Source: Lingula anatina (lineage: Eukaryota > Animalia > Brachiopoda). Taken from it: 64,000 nt of DNA. Of the stretch, positions 11,319 through 24,090 are shown in pieces. Numbering within the stretch: position 1 is the first letter of the stretch; each line of letters starts with the position of its first letter. Both the position numbers and the translations under genes were made by a program. Under the pieces are notes generated by a model, which had not been told where the DNA came from, ran no database searches, and saw nothing but the letters and a program-made list of their open reading frames with translations. The stretch is from the NCBI GenBank assembly GCA_051362555.1, contig CM120648.1:11590587-11654586 (forward strand). The letters are read 5' to 3'.

Positions 11319-13359
11319 TATGTACTCCTTCAGTAGTGTTTTATTCAAAGATCTAGAGTATATTCTTTTTTTTTACAAAAAATCCCAATATTCTGGATGA
11401 GGTTTTTTAAAGTCAGCCTGATAACATGTTTTTCTTTTTGTGTATTTTGTGGACATTGGCCTCTAAAGTGCAAAATAATTGCCTTATATTTAAAAGGCAG
11501 GTTCCTTTAAAAAGTAAGCATGATCGGGATATTGTTATTTGTTTGGTTTCTTGCATATATTTTTGGCGACATTGGACTAATAGTAAAAACCACCAAGCCG
11601 TATTTTTTTATTGAATTGGGGTTGTTATGTCTTAAAATCCAACCAAAATAACATTTGATCTTTTCATTGGTTACTGGAAGTTATTTCTTGCAATAATATG
11701 ACGTGTTACTATGTTAGTGTCTCTTATTAGCCATGCACATCTCAATTACCTGTCACATTTGTCATAACATGTTTTAAAAATACTCTTATTATTTATTATA
11801 ATGCACATCTTTTATAACAGTACGTGTACGTGTTTGATGAATTATCATACCCCGTATTTAACATCTGTGAAATATGTAAGGCAAGCAAACACAATCACGC
11901 ATTTGGGCAGAATGGCACAAGAGATTGTGAAGTGTACAAGCGGCAAAACCAAACTAAATGTTCTGAAAGACTCTTAACAAGAAGGAAAAAGTAATCTATA
12001 AGATGGGAAATCGTAAGTGCATATAGGTAAATTTCTAAATGAATGTAAGACCTTATATTGGATTTTAGTTGAAAGCACAAGTAGAAAAAGAAAGGTACAT
12101 GTATAGGGGGGATCGCAGTAACACATTTTTTCAAAACTTTTTAATCACGTGGTGCTCGGTCAAAACTCGGACAAAATTCAAAATTTTCACCATATTACTT
12201 TACTAGAGGTCATTGATTCTGATTCATTGATTTTTTTTATATCAGCATTTGTACCAACTTTGGTATCTAGTTCTCAGCGGTATTGAATATGTTATATCTC
12301 TGTGAATTAAGGAAAAGTTTACTAAACGCATATTGAAAATTGAAAAGAAACGTATATTGTATAATTGCAGACCTTGACTGCAGTTTGCCAAGTACGGTGT
12401 GGAAGACTTTGACATTACCGATGCTGGCAGAGTTTTTCTTCTGCGTTAAATGAATAGCGAGCACTGCTAGAAGGCAGACCTCCGCCAAGGCAGAATGCAC
12501 ATGCACATATTTACGAAGAAAATGAATTATTTTAAGATATCAGGAGAGACGGATCCGCTTGAACTGGATTTCCCTCCTGAATAACTGTTTATCCTGAAAA
12601 TTTCTACATAATTGGTGAAAAAGTGCTACATTATTTGTCCACAAATTTACAAGTGACTATGAAATTATAATAACGTCCGCCGGCCACAGTGAAAATTTAC
12701 TGACATTGGTGGATAGTTCATGCATAACTGACACAATACAAATATACTATTTATAAATCGTTAAAAACTCAACAACCTGGAGGTATCTTGGAACATCAAA
12801 CGTGAAGCCATAAAAGGAAGAGTCATCTTCGTTTGATAAGAAACAAGGCGATATCACACGCTGAACTAATAGTATTAGCAGACTTTGTCAAATTTGAAAC
12901 AATGCCTTGGCGTTGATTCACCATAAATGGATGGACAGAATGCCGTTTATTATATCCCAGTTACTCTGCTTCTCTTAATTCAACAGTGACTGAATTCAAA
13001 ACTCACTGTACATAATACAAAGTTTTCCAAGCCGCCCTTCTCAAACCACGGACGAGAGAATGATGCTTGTGCCGCAGCTTTGGATAAGTTTCAACCACTG
13101 CAGGCACTATGTATGCGACTTCTGTAACTAGAGGGTGCGACATTTACGTCTATGAGAAAACAGAGCTACGCCGTCTGAACGTAAAGCTTCGAGATCTTCT
13201 CAGCCAGATCCATCTGATTATTATAGAAATTTGTTGTATAATGATTAATATTCCTTAATCCCAGGTTTTATTAATTTAGTTTATCAAACTAATTGTAGTT
13301 TGTTTTATATGGTATGAAATTGCTTAAATCAAAATATGCTCTAATATTTTTAAGGGCAA

Positions 13360-14480
13360 GTATTTAATGGAAAAGATGTATATATATTTGGAGACATAAT
13401 TTCTTTCTGTCATACGTGTAACTTGTAATGTAAAGTTGAATATACGCCGGTAGATACTTAAACGATTTTGCTCAGCCATCTACAGATCACCTATGGAAGA
13501 GAGTATAGATATAGCACAAATCGTCTACAGCATGCGACAGAGTCATTAAACGAGGAGTTGTCGACGCAATTACACTCTTGGTTGTAGCACACAGTGGGAG
13601 TCAATTAAGCCCCCTTTACACTGGACGGCGTCCTTTCTGCGTCCAGCAGTACGGCCCCATTTGAGAGTTTAAAAATTATAATATTTTACGTGCCGACAAC
13701 TGGCCGATCATTGAGCATTCATTCTGATACAAAATTAATGCTCGTGCCTCCTTATTAAGACCACAGCGATGCCAAATTTCATGGTCGCAGAGAGGACGCA
13801 GAGAGGACGCAGAAAGGACGCCGTCCAGTGTAAAGGGGGTATTACTCGTACATGAGTATCAGTGCTCTTCAACAAATGTCAACTGAGTGAAGGCGTCAAT
13901 TATGAGCAATTATTAATAATTAGCCAGAGAAATATCTGTGAATATCTAGCGAAAAAGCGATCTGTGCCTCTTGTAGATAGTAATTTGTAACCGACTTTTA
14001 CTACGGTTTGATCATCGAATGGCAGGATAATTGTACACCTGCATTTTGCTTTTATTGCAATATTGCAATATATTTGAATGCAACGCAATGCAGCCCAGCG
14101 CACGCCTTTGGTAGTACTTTAGCCAAGTACACCCTAGCGTTCGTAGCTGCGGCATCGTAACAAATACATTGGGACTCTTTGTTGGGTCATATATCGCTGA
14201 GGAAATTTGTGTACCTAATGGCGTTTATTTGTTGTTTTGTCATTTTTTTTATACATGACCTTCTCTTAGCTAACGCTTAATATGTTCATTACTTATCGTG
14301 TACCGAATGACCACCATGTTATAGAATTTTTTACAGCTTAAGTCGACTTTGTTATTAATCTATTTGGGCACTGTTGACTTGTATTGCACTATATCTGATA
14401 TGGCATCCTGCGCTGAAAAATAAATTAAATGCACTGAATTGAACTGTACGTTTTAATCTGAAGCACAGCGTTGGAGTAGT
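13360..14480. repeat. Second copy of the ~1 kb repeat block (3' flank of transporter copy 1)
   Basis: Collinear with 20-1010 and 23165-23750. Confidence 0.8.
13608..13841. mobile_element. PIF/Harbinger-like MITE
   Basis: TIR CCCCCTTTACACTGGACGGCGTCCTTTCTGCGTCC; TTA duplication; empty site gagtcaattactcg at ~23357. Confidence 0.9.
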
Positions 14481-15516
14481 TTGCCAGAAACACAGTTTAC
14501 GACGAGGGCATAACGGATGATGTGAGGTCATCCCGTTAATGAAAAAAGAAAAATTGTTGCCTGTTTATAAAATAGCAGCCTAAACGTTTAAATTCTTTTT
14601 TTTTTGTGATGGGTATACGAGAAGGGGGGGGGGGCGGTTACAGGATGGTCCAAAGAGATGTTTCCATTTTTGATACAGTGGCATTGTTTACTGAAAGGAA
14701 AATTAAATGATGTTTTCTTACAGACATGTCTCGCAAACAGGCCTGTTTTGTGTGGAGTAAGTTTTTCCCCACAAATACCATAATTTTGCGAGCTTGCATC
14801 GAGCACAAATGAGTCATTAAAAACTAGCTGCGCTAAAAACTTGATATCGATGTTTTATTAAATTTTCATCAAAAACTTAATTGCGTGCAATCACGATATT
14901 ATTATCAAACTCGCGTTTTTTTCTTTGCGTTACTTCTGTTATTAGTTCTAGATTCTAGTGTTACAGTGTAGTTTTAGTTCTAGATCCTATAATTAAGATA
15001 GTGTCATCAGTACACAGACATGTCTTAACATCTAATCTGCCTATCTGTATCCCCGTTATCTTCTTTTCTCCAAGTATAATCAATATATCGACACCCTCGA
15101 TGAAAGAATGACGAGCAGATGCCATAATGAGTCAGGGAAATTTCAACTCGTTGTTCAAACACTGAATATTTTTTCCAGTCTAAAGAATTCCAAAACTTGA
15201 TCTATAAACCATTGATGACGAGTGATATGCTTTTGATGATGAATGACAATCCCTTTCTATCATCTACAAAAATTTCATGACATTTTACAGTTGTCTTATA
15301 TTTCATCTGTTTATCATACACTGATAATTCCCTGCTGATTATCATGAATTATATCGGGATTATTGTTTTCAATCTACTTTTCAATCTACTTGCAAAACAC
15401 TTTGAAATTATTTTGTTAGAGGTATTCGCTATTAAAATAGGAAGCTAGTTTTTTTATTATTTCCTCATATATAACCCCCAATCTACCGTAAAGAACAAAG
15501 ACAGGTGACTTTTTTG

Positions 15517-18500
15517 TCATTTATTATCATTTCCTGACTGGATGAAATGTTTTTCTGTTCCATAATGTGGCATATTTTTCAAAATTAGCATTTCCCTGAA
15601 AGAGCTCACCTCCGAGTATCCCGATTTTCTTCCACATACAGCAAGGGCGATTGTAAGGTACATCAACAGGACGCTCACCTAAAATACAAACGGATATGCT
15701 TAAACAAAATACGCTCTCACACGGCAGTTGCGGATTTAGGGGGAGGGGTAACAGGTGGGTCCTGAACCCCCCTTCAATTTCTGAAAAAAAAAAATCATAC
15801 CAATGGTTCCCTCTTGAAATTAGAATTTTGACTAGCTGAATCATAGTTCTAATTAGACCGTACCAGATGGCACCGTTCGTTTAAATACTAATGCTTTTCG
15901 GGCTCCCTTCAGCATCCGCGACCCCCCCCCCCCCCACCTTTTAAATAATCCTGGTTCCGCCCCGGCACGATGTTGACAAACTGTCTAAATTCGTACTGGA
16001 ATTGCGGTTATTGTCCGAACAGAGGCAACTATCTCCCGGATAATTACGAAAAACTTACTTCTGGTATTGTAATTTAAAGACCTACTGTGAGTTTGCAACA
16101 AATGTTAATCGGTCAAAAGTTAGCCACGTTGCCAACAGATACAATGTCAGATAGTGACATTTATAAATCAAGTAAGGGGGGGGGGGCAGAAAATGTTACG
16201 TGCTAAAATGAATTAACTGGCTTTAAGAAAACTTCCCATCCTAACTGTACTTACATCCCCCAGACAAAGACCCGTAAGCACACCTGATAATGTGCTGAAA
16301 GGATAGTTGTCCAAGACACTTCCTCCGAAGATAGGACCAGTGAAGTCCCTGAAAACAACCATGGCAAAGTTCAAAATGCTGTTTTTATCTGCAATATGAA
16401 TTTGAATGACATGGTCATTTTTAAATCAAAATGTGCGTGTGATATCAAGAAACAGGAGGTTTAGCGTGCTTTTGTGGACAAGGACGCCTTGTCTGCACAG
16501 AGGCATGTTAACTGCTAGGTTGAAAGTGAATTTGTTTGTTTGTTTGTTTGTTTGTCTGAGAGATAGGGGACTAGGATATTGCCATTCTGAAACGCCACAT
16601 TCTTTATTCAACACACCGGCACCCAAAAAAAGCGTGGGAAATGAAAGATTCCGAGACTAACAACAAATGAAAAGTAACCAGGCCTTCGTATCGCTTTCCC
16701 CTCACCTTCGGAGGATACGGATGCATCTCCATATAACCAAATTACAAAGATGCCATTAATATCTATTATTCTCTTTCTTAACTGGAGTTTTGCTAAATGT
16801 ACCTTAGGAAACGCATTTGCAAATAATAATAATAATGATAATAACAAAATAAAATAAAATGATAATAATAATAATAATAAATTCATGTTTCTAGAATGAA
16901 ATTAAGAAGATACTTGCCCTATTCCCCCAGACGCTTCAAAAGTGGCTGACAGACTCCCGTACGTGGTCATATCATCTGGTAAGCCCGAGGCACTGCAATA
17001 AAAAACGACCAATCTCACTCATTACAATAACATTTATGTCTTCTTTGATCTAAACCGACTAAAATAATATGATATAACAATTAAAAGAATAGGACAGACT
17101 CAAATATGACGTTCGAAATTTGGCCGATGACGGCCGCACTTATCGAAGGGCCATCTGGTAACAGAAGTCAAGTAATTTAGTTATAAACATTGTACGATGT
17201 TAGGTAATTATTTTTTATGCCTGAAAAATCTACAGTTAATGTATTATTTCCAAACAAATAGTGCACATATTTCAGTTTGTGGGGGTACAAAGAGCCAAGC
17301 CATTATAGATCTCCACCAGAACAGTGGAACACGATACGTCGCAACTAACGCAATAACATGCAGTTTAAGTCGTGTTTTTATTGCACAATTGGCCATTCTT
17401 TAGTCAGTTTTTAAAAGCAGAAACTCACGTTGCATCTAATAAACGGTCTGCCATTACTGCTACGTTGGTACACGCCGAGCCTATCCCAAGAGTGCAACTT
17501 CCTAGGTATATACTCCACGACGCCCTAAAATATAGACCAAGGCGTCCAAGCAAATTATAGTTATAATCTTTAGTTGTAATCTATATAATAGTTTCACTCT
17601 AAATTGGAAAAAAAAGCACAAAACATTTTGCCAACTAGGCATGCTACTAAATCAATGTTCAATTTTTTAATATTCGAAACTACTATGGTAAAATGTTACT
17701 GCAATACCACCGACAACGTTTTATTTTGTTTCACTTGTGGAAAACATTACCACAGATGAATGATTATCAACATGTGTCTTATAATTTACCTATCAAAGGT
17801 CACGATCTCAAATCTATACATAGAATGGATTTACAGTGGGCCATACACTCTTTTTAGCTTCGGAAGAGTTGCCTTTACCATCATCCCGGCCTATTTCCCC
17901 GCCCCAACCCCAACAGAAAAAAAAGCAAAACTACTGTAGACAGATCCAGGCATTTTTTATCTTGTCCTCCATTATACTACCAAAATGACTTTCTCCCCTC
18001 ACTTACCCCTCACCATTAGGGTACAGACTCGTAACTGGAATCCAGGGTCCCACTAGAGTATAACCTAATGTGGAGACAAATAGTCCAACAATAACCTGCA
18101 CTTTATTGCGGTTCTGGAATTGAAAAAAATTACGTGACATAAAATGGCGCCATTTTTTTGGTATAGAAAACCCTTACGCTAATCAACTCTAGCTTCGGAT
18201 ATTTCTACTAATAATCTGCTTACCTTAGCAGTAACGAAATCCCTTTCCTAAAGATAACCGATAGAAATCAGCTAGGATTTCAACCTCTCTCTCTATCTTG
18301 CTTCACAGTTATGGCGTCGTCCTTTGTTCTTCACGCTCCTAGCTGTAACCTACTCCTTACAGCTATCGAGTTACTCGCAAACTGACACTCAGCTTCGACT
18401 CGGAATCGAGACCAAGACAAGCCACCGATGCCGGATCACTACACTTTAGTAGGCATCACACGCGTTACATATCATTGATAACATATTATTTACATTTTGA

Positions 18501-21500
18501 TGAGTTAAAAGGGGCACAATTATACACACGGCATGGTCTGTAGATGTGTTAATTTGCCTTAAGACACGCCCGCTACGTTCTGTTACGTTCTCCCATACGT
18601 ATAGAACAATGTACTTTGAGAATAGCAGGTTCATAGAGTAACCACTGGCGGCCTTAGAAGTTATTATCCCTAAAGTAAATCAGCTTCTATAAAATCAAAC
18701 TCAATACTTACCAATTTATTGGATACTAGTCCAAATAGGGGCACGGTGAATGTGTATGTTAAGCCTATCAGAGAAAACGCAAGACCGATCATCACGTGGT
18801 TGCCCTCTAAGCTGCTGTCCACCTGGAAATAAACAGGAAATTACATCCATATCATCTATATTGATATGATACAGTTTACTTAAGTTTTGTTCCAACTGCT
18901 TGTAACAGACACCTGATGAATGGGCTCGTGCCCTAATTATAAAATTGTCACAAGACCTAACTATACGTAGGCCTAAAGGTCAAATGACGTCAGCCACCAA
19001 TGACGTCATCATTTGCTCAGAGATCAATAGAAACTGTTACAAAATATTTCAATTATACATCCATTTATTCCTATTAAAACGTGTCTCAATTATTTGCTTC
19101 CATAAACTGCCTGCTTTTTATAAATGTAAAGGAGCGTTATCCAATGAGTTTCAACATCTTTGACAAATCCATTTGCTCAAACACGGTTAAGCATTTCGCT
19201 TGTGCATTTCAATTGTATCAATTATAAAATACATTCCGATAAAAACAAGCTGACAAGTATTATAATTTAGGTGTTAGATCTACCAGCTTACGTTTTCCAA
19301 GTGGCGCCCAAGTGTAGGGGATAAGGACCCGATTCCGAAATACATTATAAACACCGCCATGTATTCTAATACAGCGACAGGCTTCTTCAATATCTGCAGC
19401 ACCTGACCGTGTTGCGAAGATTTTTCTAAAATAAATGCAAGAAAAAAATATATGAAATTCCGGAGTACACATTAAAGAATCAGCAAAGCAATACGTTTAA
19501 TTTCAGCGGTCAATACTACGCGTCCACTGACTTGAAATGCAATCAGTTATTCTCTGAATGAAGGAACACTATGAAAACATGCAGAGGTTGTAATATATCA
19601 TTATAAGATATTGTGTTAACTTTCTCTCTGCCTTCTATACTACATTAAACAGAAGTTATAAAAAAAAGCTACCTGAGGTACAACCCCTTTCTTCAAAATG
19701 GTATTCTTGATATTGTTTTTATGTGGCGTCTAAAAAAATTAATCCTGAGAAGATTGTACATAAAATTGCAGGCTAAAACATTTAGTAGATGAAGATATAA
19801 AAGGGTACGCTTTGGTTATGGAATGAATTAAACGGGCTTTACCGTCCTTGTCGTCGTCGGGCAATGTGAAAAATGCCCAGACACCTAAAATAACAGCAGC
19901 AGGACCAAATACAAAAAAGGGCCACCCGAAGCCGCCCAGCTGATAGAGGCCGCCACCTGCCAAAGGGCCGAAGACAATCCCAAGCCCAAATGACATTTCT
20001 AAGAAACCCTAAAAATGAAAAAAACGAAACATTTTGATATGAGACCTTAATCAAATAACCGAAAAGCTTTGAACGTAAAAATACTTTTCAACACAATATG
20101 ACGCCTCCGTTTTTATTGTTGTACTTACGTAAGCCGTGGCCGTCTCTTTCCTAAACTCTCTGGTTATTATAGCGTAGTTTGCTGTTATTGTCATAGCTGC
20201 TCCGACTGATTCCATCACACGAACCGCTATTCCGAGCCCAAGAAACCATTGGCCAGACTTTATTTCTCCTAGAAATCTTTAAAAAGGGATATATTTAGGA
20301 GTTAGCTCTATAATTCCACATGTTGTCGGAGGAATTAAACAATATTTAGTCGAAAACTAACCCCATGACATGAATTGTTAAAAAAAAATAGAAAAAATAA
20401 ATCCATGCCAGAGAATGTCTTTATAATAATTGCACTAGTTGGCGACTTCATCACGGTTGATTTGCATTTTGCTGAAAATCATGTCTCAAATAAAAAAGAA
20501 ACCACGAGACATGTAAAAAGAAAGTATATGAAAATGGCACGTTTTTCACAATTTCCAAATTCCACAAACAGTCTCTTTAGTCTTTGGAACTAAAATGACT
20601 TCAATGGCCATTAAAACTGTACTTACCCAAACAGAAAAGCCATTAAACTGTACTTACCCAAACAGAAAAGCCATTAAACTGTACTTACCCAAACAGAAAA
20701 GAGCTGGTTCCAAGCACTACCAGGCCGACCCAGTAACACCACCTGGCTCCTATCAGAGATAACTGAAATTAAAATAGGTTTAAATCTTCTGTGTTTGTAT
20801 TTTTCTTGAACAAACCACAGGCCGTATTTTGCATGTTGTTGCTATCCATGTTCAGAAGTCAAGTTCACTCTATAAACTCGTTTGACTCCCTAGCTAATGG
20901 ATCCACCAGAGACTTTATGGGTAGACTTACTTCCCTTAGTTTTTAAGGGAAGTAAACGATTTTACGTTGCTTTTCTCCTTTTCTGTTTAAAACAAAGTCT
21001 TAATCTCCTGTTTATGCAGACACCTTTTATTGTGTTTTATATACAACAACGTTTTTGTAGAGTACTTTATTCCCGATGTTGTCAATTTTAAACATTTTAT
21101 TGACTTAATAAATATATATCTTTATCTTTTTTATCTTTAAACTATATAAATGTACGACATGTTGTTATGAAAAAGATGTTTTACACAACTGGACGCAAAA
21201 AAAATTGCCATATTAGAAAAACAATTAACCGTACGCGTCCTTAGGTGTGAGCTCTAACCGGGCGTATGTGTATTTTACATTTTTAAAAAATTTCTCATCC
21301 TCAAGTCCTTGGGTAACATTTTGGGGAGAAGCATCTTTTTCTCAATAAACCAGGCATTGAATGCACGCGCTTGTGTTGCGCATTGGTTGAGCGTGAAGTA
21401 GCTACAATTAAAACTGTTGGTAGGATACGTTGACTTAGACCCCATTTCCAGAGATTAGATCGATCTACTTTAGATCGACCTAACTCCCTGGGGGTTCACG

Positions 21501-22616
21501 CAAAATAGCTGTCAGCCGGGCGGACATGAAAGTTAATTATCCTCCTACAGCTTGTAGTAGGCGGGACGGACATTTAAGCCGGATTATCTGACAGTAATCT
21601 AGTGAGACTCCCCGCGGGGATAGATCGATCTAAAAGCTCTGGGAATACAGCCTTACATACCCGAGTCCCTATGAAAAGAGTACAGCTGATTTTGGCGACT
21701 TCATAGCACCCGAATATGGCCCCCGCAGAAGTTAACGAAAGACCCTTTGCTACAGCCTGGAAAAGAAGGCGGTTTCGAGGTGCAATATTGCATCATGCAT
21801 GCATTAACCGGTTTTATAATTTTAAATTTATATAATCAAATGTATTATAACACGCGGAAGAAATATTTGCTCTGCCAAATGTAGTCCCCATTTAGCTATC
21901 TTCCAAATGTTATAGGTATTATTTATCATATATAGCCGAACAATATGGCGAGAACAGCATGTATTTAATCTATATGCAAAACATTTTTATAGCTCTAGAA
22001 AATGTCTGGGTGTTTTATATGTGGAATAAATAAATAAGGTGACACGTGAGAGTCCGAATATCGCCGCTTAATCCAATATGACTCAATAAATATTTTCATA
22101 TTATATAGGTTAAATAACATTTAATGTTCAGTGTATAATTTCCATAAAATATAGGTTAGATAACAGGTGTTTTATACGAGTATCCATGTCACCCTAGAGA
22201 AATTTCTATACCCAAGGGAGAAAAAAGTATGTTGATTGCTTATTTCCTAATTTGTTAATTCTTAAATAGCATCCTATTGTTCTGAATAGCGAAAAAACGG
22301 TGCAAATAGTTCTTATTATAAGAACCACCATTTATAAGTACCCAGATGAACGTTAAATCATTTTCTCTTCCAAGCACCAAGGAATTGTAACGAAATATTG
22401 AAATAGTTGAAGATGGGGACTGAGCAGACGGCGTGAGAGAGCGAGAGAATGACACCGAAAAGTGTTCAACCTTACCTCGTCTCTCAGGAATGGCTGGAGC
22501 ACGGAATAACAGCCGAATAAAATGATGTTGGTGAGACAACCGTTCATCAACGTGACTTTCTGCAGGGTACTCCAACGTTTACTATCTTCTCCATTTTCTT
22601 TACAATCAGATCCCAT
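15517..22616 (-). CDS. SLC18B1: MFS transporter SLC18B1-like, copy 1 (12 exons, 467 aa)
   Basis: Exons 22476-22616, 21661-21756, 20689-20762, 20129-20276, 19843-20008, 19292-19425, 18712-18822, 18007-18113, 17429-17524, 16918-16992, 16255-16348, 15517-15678 splice in frame (1404 nt). Motifs GFLEMSFGLG..FGPLAGGGLYQLGGFGWPF, LSPTL, GLPDDMTTYGSLS, GDFTGP..GG. Family name is from motif recognition. Confidence 0.85.
15725..15965. mobile_element. CAGTGGCGGAT-family TIR element in intron 11 of copy 1
   Basis: Inverted termini; absent at the paralogous site ctcacgatgttg (~24289). Confidence 0.85.
18163..18443 (-). mobile_element. Insertion in intron 7 of copy 1, possibly a partial solo LTR
   Basis: Absent from copy 2 (~27505); begins TGTAGTG on the minus strand; class uncertain. 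Confidence 0.4.
20607..20700. repeat. 31-32-bp tandem triplication spanning the exon 3 donor of copy 1
   Basis: gccattaaactgtacttacccaaacagaaaa x3; single in copy 2. Confidence 0.95.
21438..21652. mobile_element. PIF/Harbinger-like MITE at the 5' end of intron 2, copy 1
   Basis: TTA duplication; imperfect TIR with tagatcgatcta; empty site aacttacatac in copy 2 (~31135). Confidence 0.85.
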
Positions 22617-24090
22617 ATTTGTGAAATAATTTAGTGAAACCGAGTAAATGCAGTAAAAACGTGTAGCGTTTAGTTTTTGTAGTTCTAGTGGGTCCACGGC
22701 GTTGAAGTACTTTTTCGTCTCCACGCAGTGAATGTGAACAAAACTGAAAAGATGCACGTGATTTGCACACAAAACAGTATTCTACGCCAGCTGATTATGC
22801 TAGAAGGTTATTACTATAAATAAGGTTAGCAGTACCAGTATTTGCCGTCTGTATAGGGCTTCCCTTGATGACTTGGAGAATCAATGGAGACAATAACAAA
22901 TAAATAATGAAATTAACTCAATAAAATTACAAAAACCGATTTCAAACCATTGACTGAAGATAGTTTGCGCTGAGGGTCACTGGCTGATGACGGCTGAGAT
23001 CGAAGCATGCAGTTCCTTACGGTGATCACTTGTCTCCTCACAGCAACCGTGTAAAAATAACGGCGATTGTGCATGCAGATGTCTTAGGACAGTAAATTCA
23101 GAAACTTGGTTCATTTTTGGTTAAATGTTGCAGCCAAGTTCCTTTATATCATGAAATGTTTTCTGCCATGCATGTACACGTAATCTGTAATGGAAAGTTG
23201 AATATACGCCAGCTGACACGTCAACGTGTTTGTACAGCCAGGCACAGAGCACCTCTGGGAGATAGTATAGATAATAGCACAAATCGTCCACTGCATGCAT
23301 CATGAGAGCCATTAATTAAGGTGAAGTCGACATAATTACATGTAGCACACAGTGGGAGTCAATTACTCGTACATAAGTATCGTTACTCTTCAACAAATGT
23401 CATCAGCCGAGTGATGGCGTCAATTATGAGCAAAAAATTAATAATTAGCCAGATAAATATCTGTGGATAGTAGGTTGTAACCGACTTATCCTACGGCTGG
23501 CGCATCAAACGATAGGTTTATTGTACCCATTTATTTCGCTTTTATTGCAATATTGCAATATATTAGAATGCAACGGAATGCAACCCAGCGCACGCCTTTG
23601 ATAGTACTTTGGCCAAGTACACCCTATCGTTCGAAGCTGCGGCATCATAACAAATACATTGGCACTCTCTTGTTGGGTTTTAGATCGCTGAGGATATTTG
23701 GGTACTTAATGGCGTTTATTTGTTCAGTTATTGTCATTTTGGTTCTGTTTTTTTTTTTTTTCACCAAATGTATAAAACCATGATGACGAATGCTATCCTT
23801 TTGATGATGAATGATAATCCTTTTCTATCATCTACAAATAGTTCATGACATTTAACAGCTGTCTTATATTTTTATCTGTGAATCTTTCACTGATAATTCC
23901 TTGCCGATTATCATTTATCATATCCGGATTATTGTTGTCAATCTACTTTTCAATCCACTTTCAAAACAATTTGAAATTATTATTTTTGTAAGGGGTATTC
24001 ACTTTTTAAAATAGGACGCTATTTTTTTTTAATTCACTCATATATAACCACCAATCTACCGTAAAGAACAAAGAAGTGACTTTCTTTTTG

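Noticed and set aside
15517-15530. AATAAA overlapping the last codons of copy 1 as a poly(A) signal
   Set aside because: Not conserved in copy 2 and expected by chance in AT-rich sequence
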